This document shows, in pieces, positions 19,602 through 29,710 of a stretch of DNA of 64,000 nucleotides; position 1 is the first letter of the stretch; every line of letters starts with the position of its first letter. Under the pieces are notes generated by a model that worked only from the letters and a program-made list of their open reading frames with translations, had not been told where the DNA came from and searched no databases. The stretch covers positions 63,538-127,537 of the forward strand of contig JBGASG010000012.1 in NCBI GenBank assembly GCA_044229845.1, in the 5' to 3' direction. Source of the DNA: Candidatus Obscuribacteraceae bacterium. GTDB lineage: Bacteria; Cyanobacteriota; Vampirovibrionia; Obscuribacterales; Obscuribacteraceae. The translations under genes and the position numbers were made by a program.

Positions 19602-20128
19602 AACAGTGTTTCCTTTCGAAAGTTTGGTTTGGGTTTATCTCAGACCGTTGTTAATCCGGTCCCACTCTGGGAGACAACTGCAATTACTTCGAGCGAATGA
19701 ACGATGTTCTGTTCTTTCGGGAGTGGCGGACGGATGGGGAACGGCTAAGATGCCCTTAGCATGCAAATTCGGGACCGCAGAAAACCAGCGGCATTGCGAG
19801 TTGGTGTCGATCGCTGCGAACCCTGCGAGATGAACTTAGCGGCGCTTGCAAGGGGCAATAGCGCCGTAGTTGCAGCTGCTGAGCTTGAATAAATTGTCAA
19901 CAAAACTTATGCCTCGCGCAGCATTGCGAATTCGTGGTGCCCGCATGGTGAGCCGAGCCAGCGCGAAGTGTCCTAAAAGAATTGTTTGCGATTGAAAGTC
20001 TACAGCCGGTAACGCAGCGTCTACAACGCCCATGAATAGCCAATGGACGTAACGTGATCGAACTTCCTAACCGAGTGTGAATCAGTAAGGAATTCCTTGC
20101 ACGGATTCAACGACCGCTTTCGATGCTG

Positions 20129-20839
20129 TTAGTCCTTCGCAAAGCCTTTAAAACGCGTTGGATCGAGCTGGGTGTATAGAACCGTATGCTGGATGTTTTT
20201 GTGCCCCAAATACGCCTGTATAGCCCTCGTATCTGCGCCTTTTGCAGCGAGCGCATACCCCCTGGCGTGACGAAGCATGTGGGGGTGCACCGGAAATTTG
20301 AATCGCGCTTCTTCGCCAGCTCGCGCGACCAGGGCGTGCACGGTGCGCTCGGAGAGCGGTCCTCCGCGTTCGGAGACAAAGAGAAAGGGCGAGTCGGGAT
20401 ATTCGCGCTGCAGTTGTCTGAGTGCCCGTAACTCGTCGCCTTCAATCCAGTGGACGCTGGGATCGCCGTTCTTGAGGCGATTTACGTGCAATTTGGCTGT
20501 TTTGAATTCAACCTGTTCCCATCTGAGCGCCACTATTTCGCCGACGCGAAGACCGTGGCGGTAGGCCATCATGATCAAGACCCAGTCGCGGAAGCCATGG
20601 CGGCCAATGTTGCGGGCGGCTTCTCGAAGTTTTTTGGCCTCTTCTGGCGTCAGATATTCGCGCGATCGCACGTCGACGTTGCGCGGTTTCTCCGGAGGTG
20701 AATTGGTCCGGCGACGTCGTGGGGCAGAAGCCTTCTTCTTGGCAGCCACCTTCTTAGACTTTGCCGAAAATGACTGCTGGCGAGGGGCAGAAACTTCCTT
20801 TTTTGCGACGACCTTGCGTTTTGTTGGTTGTTTAGGCAC
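20129..20839 (-). CDS. FimB/FimE-like tyrosine recombinase (catalytic domain only) with basic N-terminal tail
   Basis: REYLT, RHGLR, RLKNG, HPHMLRH, YLGHKNIQHTVLYT: complete R-K-H-R-H-Y catalytic set. Confidence 0.93.
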   Translation of the reverse strand: MPKQPTKRKVVAKKEVSAPRQQSFSAKSKKVAAKKKASAPRRRRTNSPPEKPRNVDVRSREYLTPEEAKKLREAARNIGRHGFRDWVLIMMAYRHGLRVGEIVALRWEQVEFKTAKLHVNRLKNGDPSVHWIEGDELRALRQLQREYPDSPFLFVSERGGPLSERTVHALVARAGEEARFKFPVHPHMLRHARGYALAAKGADTRAIQAYLGHKNIQHTVLYTQLDPTRFKGFAKD

Positions 20840-21073
20840 TGGTTTGGACTCCCGTCACTTTATGCCCGTGACGGGAGAATCATAACACTGCCTAATACGG
20901 TTCTTTTCAGCAAACACGTGTCGGTATTACCACCATATCTGGTGCGAAGGAACTGCCACCCGCTCCATTTGACAAGCCCGAAAACTCCTGCCGATCCCCC
21001 GGCTGAGTATTTGATAATATCGAGGGGGAAACCAAAGCGGATATTGGCGTTCTGACGCCGGGTGCGTGCTGCT

Positions 21074-23452
21074 ATGTCCTTAGAACCGCCGCCGAACAAT
21101 CTTGAAAACGCGTCTGCGCAGGTGCACAAGCTGGTGGGCGACATTGATGCCCTGGGTTTGCGCGAGGCTTTCGAGAGGGTCCTGCAGGCTGAAATTCCGG
21201 TCGGCATTCTACAGGTTGCTTGCCAGAACAAGGCGGGCGCCATACTCGTCCGCGGCGGCTCGATAAAGGCGGCTATCGCCCCTTCCTCGCAACTTCTGGG
21301 CGAGCCGGCCCTCAGGCAGATACTGAGCGCCGACGAAGGCAAGTATCGTTTCACAACGGACTTGCCCCGGGAGCCCGTCCGCGAGGTCCTGGACATAGAC
21401 GTGGCTGCCCTGCTCAATTGGCGACACCCCGCCCAGCCAGATGTGGTGCCGTCGCTGGTACGAGCACTTGAGACCCTCATGTCCAGCGAATCTTATACGG
21501 TGTCGACCGACCAGCATATTCCTGTTTATGTGCCTGAGCCGGACACGGACGAGCTGATAGCTCTTTCCGATGAAGAAATGTCGGCGGCGCGAACTGCACC
21601 CGAGGATTGCTTCGGGTTGCAGGATGTACTGGCACGCTTCGAAGCGCAGAAGAAGCAGGAAGCAGAGGACCTCAGACAACTTACTAACGAGCACCTGAAA
21701 AAAATCGAGGCGCCGCCAGATCCTTCGCCCGACGATCGGCCGCTGCCCATGAACCGCTCAACCGATCAACAACGTCGGGGATCGGCAGAGCATCCAACTG
21801 ACTCTCCTTACCGCATCACCGGCGGACATCGCGTCACCGGCGGACACACGACCGGTACCTACGCGCAGCTAGCGGCCGACCAAACAGCGCAGCTCCCCGC
21901 GATCTCCAGCGAGATTACCTTGCCGACCGGCGAGACCCTCAAAGAATCACGGACGAAACAGTTCAGGCAAACCTCCCTTTTCGTCGGCATCGCAACCGTG
22001 CTGATTACAGCGGCAGTAATCGCAACCAACAAAGTACTGACTGAAACCAACGCGGTGCAAGGGATGCAGGGCGGCAATCAGTTGCTCAAAGATGGATACA
22101 AAGATCTGGCCAAAAAGAGTTTTGCCCGGGTCATCGAGAAAGATCCAAATAACGTGCCGGCATTGCTGGGGCGCGCTGCTGCGTGTTTGCAAATGCACGA
22201 TCTGCCGGCGGCGAGCGCGGACTACGCCAAGGTCTTAACCCTCGATCCCGGCAATATCGAAGCCATGAACGGGCAAGCTGGAGTTTTCGTCCAACTGAAA
22301 GACTACGCAGATGCAGTGGCAATCACCGAAAGCGCCATCAAGGCAAAACCCGACAATGCGCGGGCTTTGCTGATCCAGTCGCAGGCCTATTTGGCGATGG
22401 GAAAAAACAAACAAGCCGCTGATGCCGCCACTCGCATCATCGAGAAAAAAGCGCCCGACGTGCTGGCCGCCGCTTATGCCGCGCGCGGTGACGCGTTTCT
22501 CGCCCTGAAAAAGTTCGGCGAAGCTTACTCCGACTTCAGTCAGGCGCTGCTGGTCGATCCAGGCAATCGCGCCAACTTTGGAAAACGCGCTCAGGCTGAA
22601 CTTGCACGCTACGAATACAACGCAGCGATTGCCGACGTCAACCAGGCGATTTTCGCCGATCAGTCTAATCCCACCTGGTTCATGCTGCGGGCGCAGGCAC
22701 TGGCGAAAACAGATCAGCTGGACCGGGCAGTAGAAGACCTCGACAAAGCGGTAGAGTTGAAGCCCGGAATCGACACATACGGCCAGCGTGCGCGCGTGCA
22801 CATGGCGATGAAAAACTACAGTCGCGCCTACGCTGATCTGTGCGAGATCTGCAAAGATCCGCGCGCACCAGTCTCGTACCAGGCACAACGCGACCAGGTG
22901 GAAGCCAAACTGAAGAAGGGACCTGTCACGAAGATTGACGTGGAGGGTTTGATCTCAACGTCGGAGCCGGCGCGCGTTCTGAAATATGATGAAATGGTGC
23001 GCGAAGGTTATGCGCGTCTCAACGCCGGAGACGCGCAGGGAGCGCTGCAATTGCTTTCGATGGTGGTAAAAACAAATCCGTCCGACCTGGAGGCACGTCG
23101 TTATCTAGCCCGTGCATACCAGAAAACAGGTCACGGGCAAGAAGCAGTCGAGCAGTTTAAGTACGTGCAGGACGTGAAACCGCTAGACGGGCACGATACC
23201 TACTGTTACGCGCAGGCCATGTATGACCTCAGGGAGTACAACCAGGCAATCCCACTTCTCACCGCGCTCGTGGATCGCGAACCGAACTATGCCGAAGCCA
23301 GGGTGTTGCTTGTGAACTGCTTGTTGCTGGTGAACGACCAATCAACCGCCCTCGAGGTGTGTCGCGCCGGTGCATCGCGGGCGCGCACCGCACAGGAAAT
23401 CGCCCGCTTTCAACAGCTCTATCGAGTCGCGCAATCGGGAGCGGGACAATGA
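21074..23452 (+). CDS. DUF4388/PATAN-like - TM - TPR protein, paralog C
   Basis: LVGDIDALGLR..EGKYRF, DCFGLQDVL, TM LFVGIATVLITAAVIA. Closest to paralog A (shared TLPTGETLK and LLKDGYKDLAKKSF). Confidence 0.85.
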   Translation: MSLEPPPNNLENASAQVHKLVGDIDALGLREAFERVLQAEIPVGILQVACQNKAGAILVRGGSIKAAIAPSSQLLGEPALRQILSADEGKYRFTTDLPREPVREVLDIDVAALLNWRHPAQPDVVPSLVRALETLMSSESYTVSTDQHIPVYVPEPDTDELIALSDEEMSAARTAPEDCFGLQDVLARFEAQKKQEAEDLRQLTNEHLKKIEAPPDPSPDDRPLPMNRSTDQQRRGSAEHPTDSPYRITGGHRVTGGHTTGTYAQLAADQTAQLPAISSEITLPTGETLKESRTKQFRQTSLFVGIATVLITAAVIATNKVLTETNAVQGMQGGNQLLKDGYKDLAKKSFARVIEKDPNNVPALLGRAAACLQMHDLPAASADYAKVLTLDPGNIEAMNGQAGVFVQLKDYADAVAITESAIKAKPDNARALLIQSQAYLAMGKNKQAADAATRIIEKKAPDVLAAAYAARGDAFLALKKFGEAYSDFSQALLVDPGNRANFGKRAQAELARYEYNAAIADVNQAIFADQSNPTWFMLRAQALAKTDQLDRAVEDLDKAVELKPGIDTYGQRARVHMAMKNYSRAYADLCEICKDPRAPVSYQAQRDQVEAKLKKGPVTKIDVEGLISTSEPARVLKYDEMVREGYARLNAGDAQGALQLLSMVVKTNPSDLEARRYLARAYQKTGHGQEAVEQFKYVQDVKPLDGHDTYCYAQAMYDLREYNQAIPLLTALVDREPNYAEARVLLVNCLLLVNDQSTALEVCRAGASRARTAQEIARFQQLYRVAQSGAGQ

Positions 23453-24009
23453 GGCAATTAGGAAAAGCCGACCTGGCGCCGATTTGCTTCTTTCTCCTGC
23501 TTGTGGCTGTCGAAGCCGGTTTCATCGCCTACTCAAATCTGGAGAAACAACGCCTGGCACCGCAGGCGGTAGCACCGCCTGTTTCTCCCTCGCTCAAAAA
23601 ATTATCCGCGCCCACCCTCACCTGCTATCGCATCGGTGCGTATGACCGCGCGCAGCCGGGTATTCTCGCCAATATGCGCGAGGACAACTTCGAGGATTTG
23701 TCGTTCCTGGGCACCTTCTATCGAGAGTGTGGTCGCTGGTCGCAAGCCCGCAAGTATCTCGAGCGATCTCTGACGCTGGCGCAAACAAGCGGCGACCGCA
23801 AGCGGACGGTGATTGCACTCAATAATCTCGGTATGTTGAGTTGCATCGAAGGCACCACACTTTCGGGCAAAGAGCGTCAAGAAACTTTTGAAGAGTCCGA
23901 ACAATATTTCCAGCGCGCGTTGCAGGAACTCAAAGAACTCAACGAACCGCAATTATCACAGACCGTCATGAGCAACCACCGCCTTCTCCAAACCAATCGG
24001 TCGTCTTGA
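23449..24009 (+). CDS. Small membrane-anchored TPR protein, copy 1
   Basis: ATGA overlap with paralog C; N-terminal TM; IALNNLG TPR motif; paralogous to 38425-39057 (AYDRA..FxGxFYR..IALNNLG..EG). Confidence 0.75.
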   Translation: MRQLGKADLAPICFFLLLVAVEAGFIAYSNLEKQRLAPQAVAPPVSPSLKKLSAPTLTCYRIGAYDRAQPGILANMREDNFEDLSFLGTFYRECGRWSQARKYLERSLTLAQTSGDRKRTVIALNNLGMLSCIEGTTLSGKERQETFEESEQYFQRALQELKELNEPQLSQTVMSNHRLLQTNRSS

Positions 24010-24906
24010 GAAGAGGCTTCTGATGCGGTCGATGAAACGCTGAATGTCGACAGGATCGACGAAGACGACATATGCGCAGATCATCTGCGACTCGAACATC
24101 GGAATGTTCATCGACCATTCGATGCCCAGGTGGAGAAGTATGCCAGCCGCCAGAATGTAATAACGAAATTCTTTGACCCAGATCAAAGTCCAGAGCGCAA
24201 ATTCAACAACCAGCGTGCCCCAGGTCAGAAGTTTGATCAAGAACATATTATCGAACACCCAGGGTACAGGCAGTTTTTGGAAATCCAATAGACGTCCGAC
24301 ATAGTAGATTGCAGTGCCGTCGCACCAGGTTTCACCAGCCAGCTTGGCCAGTGAACTTTGCAAATAGACTGTGCATAGTTGCAGTTGCAACAATCGCTGT
24401 GCCCAGATAGGACTGGTTGCCGGGGTCGACCGTCCTGATTTTTTGCGGATCAAGTTGTCCAGCGAAAGCGCATTTCCAGCCGGCGAAAGTAACAGATACA
24501 CAGCGGAAAGACGCATGAACAGATCACCTGAATTGAGAATGATCAAGTTGCGATGGTGAATCGAAAATAGCGCCAGGGAAAGAACCAGCAAACTGGTGCG
24601 TGTGAAGAGTCCCAGTCCGGTTGTGATTGCCGTTATGAACAGCAGCGCAAATGCACCATAGATCGCCCAGGGCGTATCGGGCAGCCAGGCAAACAACGAG
24701 AAGCGATCAGTGATCAGCCATTCTTTATTAGCGGCACTGGTGATCAATCCCTGAGAGCCGTACCAGTTGGAGAGATCCGGCAGCATCAACAAGACGAAGC
24801 CCAGCACGTGCAGAGAAAACAATATGCGGTACGCTGCCATGGGCAGCGGTGAACGCTCTTCGAACCAGAATTGATTCCACAACTCCCACAGCCGCTTCAA
24901 CGTCAT
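23956..24906 (-). CDS. HTTM domain (SdpB/VKGC-like) membrane protein, copy 1
   Basis: WNQFWF, HHRNLIILNSGD, LSLD, LQLCTVY..KL.GETWCDG, LTWGTLVVE, LHLGI..MNIPMF. Confidence 0.88.
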   Translation of the reverse strand: MTLKRLWELWNQFWFEERSPLPMAAYRILFSLHVLGFVLLMLPDLSNWYGSQGLITSAANKEWLITDRFSLFAWLPDTPWAIYGAFALLFITAITTGLGLFTRTSLLVLSLALFSIHHRNLIILNSGDLFMRLSAVYLLLSPAGNALSLDNLIRKKSGRSTPATSPIWAQRLLQLQLCTVYLQSSLAKLAGETWCDGTAIYYVGRLLDFQKLPVPWVFDNMFLIKLLTWGTLVVEFALWTLIWVKEFRYYILAAGILLHLGIEWSMNIPMFESQMICAYVVFVDPVDIQRFIDRIRSLFSRRPIGLEKAVVAHDGL

Positions 24907-25427
24907 TTCAGATCCTCAGCGGTGACGGGATATATGAAAAACGTGCGGTTATGGAAGGCTTCCGGCAGCGGTTTGTTCAGTCCCAACTCTGGTGGTGGAA
25001 TGTCTTGCCAGTGCCGCTGTAGCGACACATAGATAGGTGCGCGTGTGCGGAATCGTCGCGCAACGAAACGTGCCGCGTCCGCCCAAAGCATACGACTGCT
25101 GTCATAGTAGAGATTGTCGAGCCCATACTTACGGTAGCGCTCTTGCTGCGGTCTTTGCCAGACTGGCAGTTTGTCGTTGCGGGGAAATTCATAATATTGC
25201 ATGGACCCATCGGCGAAGGTAACGACTGCCGACACGTACATGTTGTTGAGCCGCGGATCGGGCGAGAACACTGCAAAATTTTGCCAGAGTCCGCTCCAGA
25301 GGAGTCCAGGCTTGAGCGGCTCATTGAGACGATTTCGAAGCGGCATGTTGGGGAGCATCCAGATGGCGTTGACGCCTGCATAGATCAGGATGCCCAGAGT
25401 AATAAAGATCCTGGTTGGTAGATTCAT
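24903..25427 (-). CDS. DUF5819/SdpA-like partner of HTTM, copy 1
   Basis: N-terminal TM, LWQNFAVFSPDP, ERYRKY; ATGA overlap with the HTTM gene. Confidence 0.78.
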   Translation of the reverse strand: MNLPTRIFITLGILIYAGVNAIWMLPNMPLRNRLNEPLKPGLLWSGLWQNFAVFSPDPRLNNMYVSAVVTFADGSMQYYEFPRNDKLPVWQRPQQERYRKYGLDNLYYDSSRMLWADAARFVARRFRTRAPIYVSLQRHWQDIPPPELGLNKPLPEAFHNRTFFIYPVTAEDLK

Positions 25428-25512
25428 CGTTCCGAAATCCGAATGCCAAACACATTCAGTGTTTCACTTACAGCATCTGTTCAATAGTGTATTCGATCTG
25501 CGATTTGTGGTG

Positions 25513-25575
25513 GCAACAAATCCAACAAATTCTGTTGGATTTGTTGCAACAGTGTTTCCAACAGAATTTGTTGGA
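25513..25575. promoter_or_regulatory. Nested palindromes in an AT-rich divergent intergenic region (candidate operator)
   Basis: Perfect 15-bp IR gcaacaaatccaaca-aattc-tgttggatttgttgc (25513-25547). Its 19-bp core (25521-25539) recurs as an exact reverse complement at 25557-25575. Confidence 0.6.
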
Positions 25576-25652
25576 ATGCAGTATCCAAGCCACTTGACGG
25601 GGATTGTGCATTGGCATAGGCTGGATGAGTAAACGCAGTTTAATAGAGTTAT

Positions 25653-27782
25653 ATGGGATCCTGCGTACCTATGACGAAGTGTCCACAACCGAGGCCACAG
25701 CGTGGCAACACGTTGGCCATGATAGCGGCTCTCACAATTTTGTTTTTGCTGGTGGCACTCTTCGTGATGCTCTATCTGATGATGGTGCGCTCCAGCGACG
25801 AGCATCGCACCGCGATTGACTCAGCCGCCCTGGCGGCTGCCAAAGACGTTTCGCGCATTGTCATAAACACCGATCAATTCGGCTACGTGGGATTGACCAG
25901 CTCGCCGCCGACGGGCACTGATACCAACGCCGGCGACAATTACTTCCAGGAAGTGCATGGCATCAACGAACTGACTGCTACTGCGCGAGTCGATATGATC
26001 GTCGCCAATGAAATCGGCGACACGTTTCTGCGCGGACTGGCGCAGAGCGAACTGGACAATGTCAAAGCAGTAAAGGACCAGCTGACTACGGAGATCAATG
26101 GTGCGCTCCTGCCGGCAGGCACAGCCAAAGACGCGGCCGGGCAAACACTTACGCCTTATCTGAGCGCCGAACGTGTTTATCTAAAAAACCAGGCGAAGAA
26201 CTCAATCTATGTTGGGGGTTCGATGCGGCTTACGTTTGGGGGCATCGAAGGCGGCATCGAAACGGCTACTCCCGCCCCGACTCCACTCTCCAAGGGCGCC
26301 TGCACCGGCATGGAATCAAACGGCAAATACCTTTCCGATATGAACGTTCCATTCAATGGCGTCGATTTCGTTTTCGGCTCCGTAGCACGACGAGTCGGCC
26401 TCTGCGATAAGAACAAATTCCGCGCCTCCGTGCCCGGCTTGCCTTACCAGAACCCAGGCGTGGTGCTGGTGGAAGCTCAGCAGAGGTTTCAAGAGCAGGG
26501 CAGATCATGGAACATAGCATATGCCGGCTGCGCTTGCGCGGGCGGCACCGAATCACCGCGCCCCGCCCCTGGTGCCTTCACGATCAGTTTTCCGGATGGA
26601 CCGATGCCCGAATTCACCTGCCCGTGCGACATCTGGGGCGCCGCGCTGATCCAGGGCAAGACCATGGATGTATATCAAGCCGCGGCAGCCGATTTCATCA
26701 ATCAAAAGCCACCGGCGCGTCTCGACACCTGGAGCGGCGCACTGCCCGTGGCGATGCCCGCGCAGGCTACGGAAGTGACGAAACTGGCTTTCTATGACTG
26801 GCTGCGCTGCGGCGGATCGCGCATCAACATCGACTCTGTAGTCGGCATGCAGTCGATGGGATTTAATGCGCCTTCGACTCCGAAAATCATGTGGAAAGCC
26901 ACCGACCCCGCCAACGCACCGGCCGTGCAAAACCTGGGACTGGTACCCACCGGCGTCATTCACATCTACACATTCCTTCCCGATGGTACGGTGCGATATA
27001 TATCGAAAGACGTGAAGCCCTATCCCTACACAGTAGTCGGCGAAAACCAGCTCTATGCCGAGATGCAAGACGGCAACGAACTGATCAGTGCCGCGTTGCC
27101 GTTTACGCTCTCCGGCGTCCGCTACCTGACCGACGCCGCCGGCGTGAAGGTGGGCGACATCCAGTTCACCCCCAACTACGATCTATACGTCAGAGATCTG
27201 ACGCGCCGCTGGGGCACCATATCCGGTGGCCAGCATGGCGGCGAGCGCATGGACGGCAACCCTAACTTGTCTTTGCACTCACTGACGGCGCCGGGCGCAG
27301 TCGAGCTTCTGCCCGCCGAAAAACTGATCGCCAGATCGGCCGCCGGTCAGCACGTCGGCGCATCTCAGAGCGCCGGCAACCCGGACCTGATTGCTTGCTT
27401 ACCGGAAGATGACGCTCCTTATATGCAAACAGAACGCGGCGAATCAGGCTTGCTCTCCGGTGTGATCAGCGTCGCCACAGGCATAGTCAGCGGTCTTCTC
27501 AGTGGACCAAGTTCCACCAACGGCACATCGACAGGCACACCGGGGCGTGGCGCTCCCAATCCGGTCAGCCGCCAGGACGACTTTGCCTCGTCGTCTGTAC
27601 CGACCCCGCCGTATTACACCTACAGTCAGGGTCCCGCAGGCGGAGCCACGCGTCCTGCCTACCAGACCAATGGTCTGTGCTGTGACATTCGCTTTCGCCG
27701 CCAGCTGAAAGTGGGAGATATGATGTTCGGCTTGGGCGGCTATAACGTCGGCTACGTAGGCGAGATGCTGGAGATTCCTTAA
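25653..27782 (+). CDS. Large prepilin-like/TadG-like protein, paralog 2
   Basis: RG|NTLAM + TM, EHRTAIDSAALAAA, all family motifs. Alternative start ATG 25671. Confidence 0.75.
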   Translation: MGSCVPMTKCPQPRPQRGNTLAMIAALTILFLLVALFVMLYLMMVRSSDEHRTAIDSAALAAAKDVSRIVINTDQFGYVGLTSSPPTGTDTNAGDNYFQEVHGINELTATARVDMIVANEIGDTFLRGLAQSELDNVKAVKDQLTTEINGALLPAGTAKDAAGQTLTPYLSAERVYLKNQAKNSIYVGGSMRLTFGGIEGGIETATPAPTPLSKGACTGMESNGKYLSDMNVPFNGVDFVFGSVARRVGLCDKNKFRASVPGLPYQNPGVVLVEAQQRFQEQGRSWNIAYAGCACAGGTESPRPAPGAFTISFPDGPMPEFTCPCDIWGAALIQGKTMDVYQAAAADFINQKPPARLDTWSGALPVAMPAQATEVTKLAFYDWLRCGGSRINIDSVVGMQSMGFNAPSTPKIMWKATDPANAPAVQNLGLVPTGVIHIYTFLPDGTVRYISKDVKPYPYTVVGENQLYAEMQDGNELISAALPFTLSGVRYLTDAAGVKVGDIQFTPNYDLYVRDLTRRWGTISGGQHGGERMDGNPNLSLHSLTAPGAVELLPAEKLIARSAAGQHVGASQSAGNPDLIACLPEDDAPYMQTERGESGLLSGVISVATGIVSGLLSGPSSTNGTSTGTPGRGAPNPVSRQDDFASSSVPTPPYYTYSQGPAGGATRPAYQTNGLCCDIRFRRQLKVGDMMFGLGGYNVGYVGEMLEIP

Positions 27783-27787
27783 CCCAA

Positions 27788-28243
27788 CTAGCTGGGCGGC
27801 ATGATCCACGTATAGGGGAACGTCTGGCGGGCTTTGAATTGCACGCCGCCCGGTCCGACCACTGCCGATACTAAGAACGGCGGGAAAACGTTGCACGTGG
27901 TTTCGATCGTCACTTCGCCATCGACCGGTCCGCCGTAGGGGGCTTGCGGCAGAGGCGGGTTCAATGACTCGGTCATAACGACCGTGGGCACCATTTTCAC
28001 GGCACCGGCACCGATGTGCTTAGCGACTACCAGTTCGGCACGCTTCTTGGGCTCACCACTCTGAATCTGGTCGGGTGGTCCAATCGAAGCCGCACGGGCA
28101 GCCTCCCGGCAAACGGAATCGTTCATATTCACCCCGATCATGATGGTTCCAATATCGATCAGAATCAGGACGATCGGAATCAAGATTGCTAATCCAGCAA
28201 CCAGTTCCATGAAGGACTGGGCCTTGTTTCTTCGTAATCTCAT
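27788..28243 (-). CDS. TadE-like minor pilin
   Basis: Basic leader RRNKA|QSFME with Glu+5, hydrophobic helix, then REAARAAS. Confidence 0.8.
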   Translation of the reverse strand: MRLRRNKAQSFMELVAGLAILIPIVLILIDIGTIMIGVNMNDSVCREAARAASIGPPDQIQSGEPKKRAELVVAKHIGAGAVKMVPTVVMTESLNPPLPQAPYGGPVDGEVTIETTCNVFPPFLVSAVVGPGGVQFKARQTFPYTWIMPPS

Positions 28244-28327
28244 GATTTCTCAGCGCGGGTGGGGCAGCTAGATGCCATCTCTCGTTATTCCCTCAGCATC
28301 AAATTGGTAAACACTGGCGCGTTACGG

Positions 28328-29704
28328 TCAGCAAAATATCAGCTCCTTGATCACCACCGGCAAAGCATTTGCTCGCAATGGCTTGCCGATGTCGATGTAA
28401 TCACCGGAAACTAGCTGGATTCCGTCAATAACGACAATCGGCACCGCCTGCAACCGACCGCGCAGCATCTGTCCGAGAGCCATTCCTACATCCGGCTGCG
28501 CAACGGCAATCAAAGGCTGGCTGCCCCGCAACTGACGAAACTGCTCGGACAGTCGATCCGCCCACCGGCTCAGCGTTTCATAATCAGTAGAGAGCAGTCC
28601 GCTCAGGTGCAACGCCACCGGTTTATCAGACCAATTCAGATCAAGATTCTTCAGCTGAGCTTCAACAGACTGCTCAATATCCGTAAGCCGCACCAGAGGT
28701 ATATTCCGCAAGGGCAGCGCATCAACAGCGGCTGCTATTGTCGACCCGCTCAACTGCACGCTGTGCATACCGGCACCAATCACGGTGGCACGGATAGCAT
28801 CGAGGGGAACGGCGAAATCGACAGCTCGCCGACGCAATTCTGCGCCGATAGCGAGCGCCAGCATGGGGCCGATGTCGTTGTACTCAAAGAGAGACTCGCC
28901 CTCCAGGGAACCTTCAACCGCCAGCATTTCGCCCACCCCGCCCGAAATGAAATACTGGTCGATCTGATAACGCTCTCTGTCGACTGTGTAGTCGGCAACG
29001 ACCTCAGCGCCGGTCACAGCTGCACCATTCATGAAACCGACAATAGCCGCTGCGATGGATGAAACCGCGTCCGCCAGCGATTTGCCGCCGGCAAGCAATG
29101 CCGTACCGGCGGCGGAACCGCCGGTTACCCGCCCTTCTCTATCGGTGCGAATGCTGCGTCCGCCCAGTGCCAGACAGGCGGTATCGAGCAGCTTGCCATG
29201 CTGATAGACAGCAATATTGGTTGTGCCACCGCCAATATCAACATTACAAATGGTTGCCTGTCTCGCCTCCGAAGCCTGCACCGCTCCCGAACCGCGCGCC
29301 GCCAGAATACTCTCCAGACGCGGCCCGGCGCTAGACACCACAAACTCGCCGGCAAACTCGGACAGGCTGGTCGCCACTTGCTCGGCATTGCGCAGCCTGG
29401 CCGACTCACCTGTGACGATCACAGCGCCGGTTTCCACATCAGGCGGCTTAACTCCGGCCAGTGCGTACTGCGTGCTGATCAAAGCTGCCGTCGCTTCAGC
29501 ATCGATGATACCGGCTGTGGTGACAGGCGTGCCGGCAATCGGGCTGCGATAAACGACTGTCCGTTCAGCAATGGTCATGCGCGGCGCTTGATTGAGCCGC
29601 GAAGAATTGGACAGTTTCAAGCGGCTGATCACCATGTGCGTGGTGGTAGTGCCGATGTCGATGCCGACGCTCAAGATCGCATCGTCACTGCGATGGATGT
29701 TCAT
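28328..29704 (-). CDS. eutA: Ethanolamine ammonia-lyase reactivating factor
   Basis: SVGIDIGTTTT, TGAVIVTGESA, AGPRLESILAARGSGA, DIGGGTTN, IRATVIGAG.HS..LSGSTI, GDYIDIGKPL. Confidence 0.93.
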   Translation of the reverse strand: MNIHRSDDAILSVGIDIGTTTTHMVISRLKLSNSSRLNQAPRMTIAERTVVYRSPIAGTPVTTAGIIDAEATAALISTQYALAGVKPPDVETGAVIVTGESARLRNAEQVATSLSEFAGEFVVSSAGPRLESILAARGSGAVQASEARQATICNVDIGGGTTNIAVYQHGKLLDTACLALGGRSIRTDREGRVTGGSAAGTALLAGGKSLADAVSSIAAAIVGFMNGAAVTGAEVVADYTVDRERYQIDQYFISGGVGEMLAVEGSLEGESLFEYNDIGPMLALAIGAELRRRAVDFAVPLDAIRATVIGAGMHSVQLSGSTIAAAVDALPLRNIPLVRLTDIEQSVEAQLKNLDLNWSDKPVALHLSGLLSTDYETLSRWADRLSEQFRQLRGSQPLIAVAQPDVGMALGQMLRGRLQAVPIVVIDGIQLVSGDYIDIGKPLRANALPVVIKELIFC

Positions 29705-29710
29705 CCACAG

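Larger units (their letters stand above)
17207..20914. mobile_element. Putative small integrative element: tyrosine recombinase + two secreted cargo genes between direct dif-like sites
   Basis: attgccgataa-caattc-ttttcggcaat (17207-17234) and actgcctaata-cggttc-ttttcagcaaa (20887-20914), same orientation. Cargo is visibly more AT-rich. Sits between two TPR paralogs. Confidence 0.55.

Noticed and set aside
20129..20839. Assigning fimB/fimE and a fimS-like invertible promoter
   Set aside because: Family resemblance only. No chaperone-usher genes, and the flanking sites I found are in direct, not inverted, orientation.
25464..25805. Cys-containing minus-strand ORF as an SdpC-like precursor upstream of the HTTM pair
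   Set aside because: Overlaps pilin-like paralog 2 in antisense, has no signal peptide or RBS, runs through the palindromes, and has no counterpart at the second HTTM locus.
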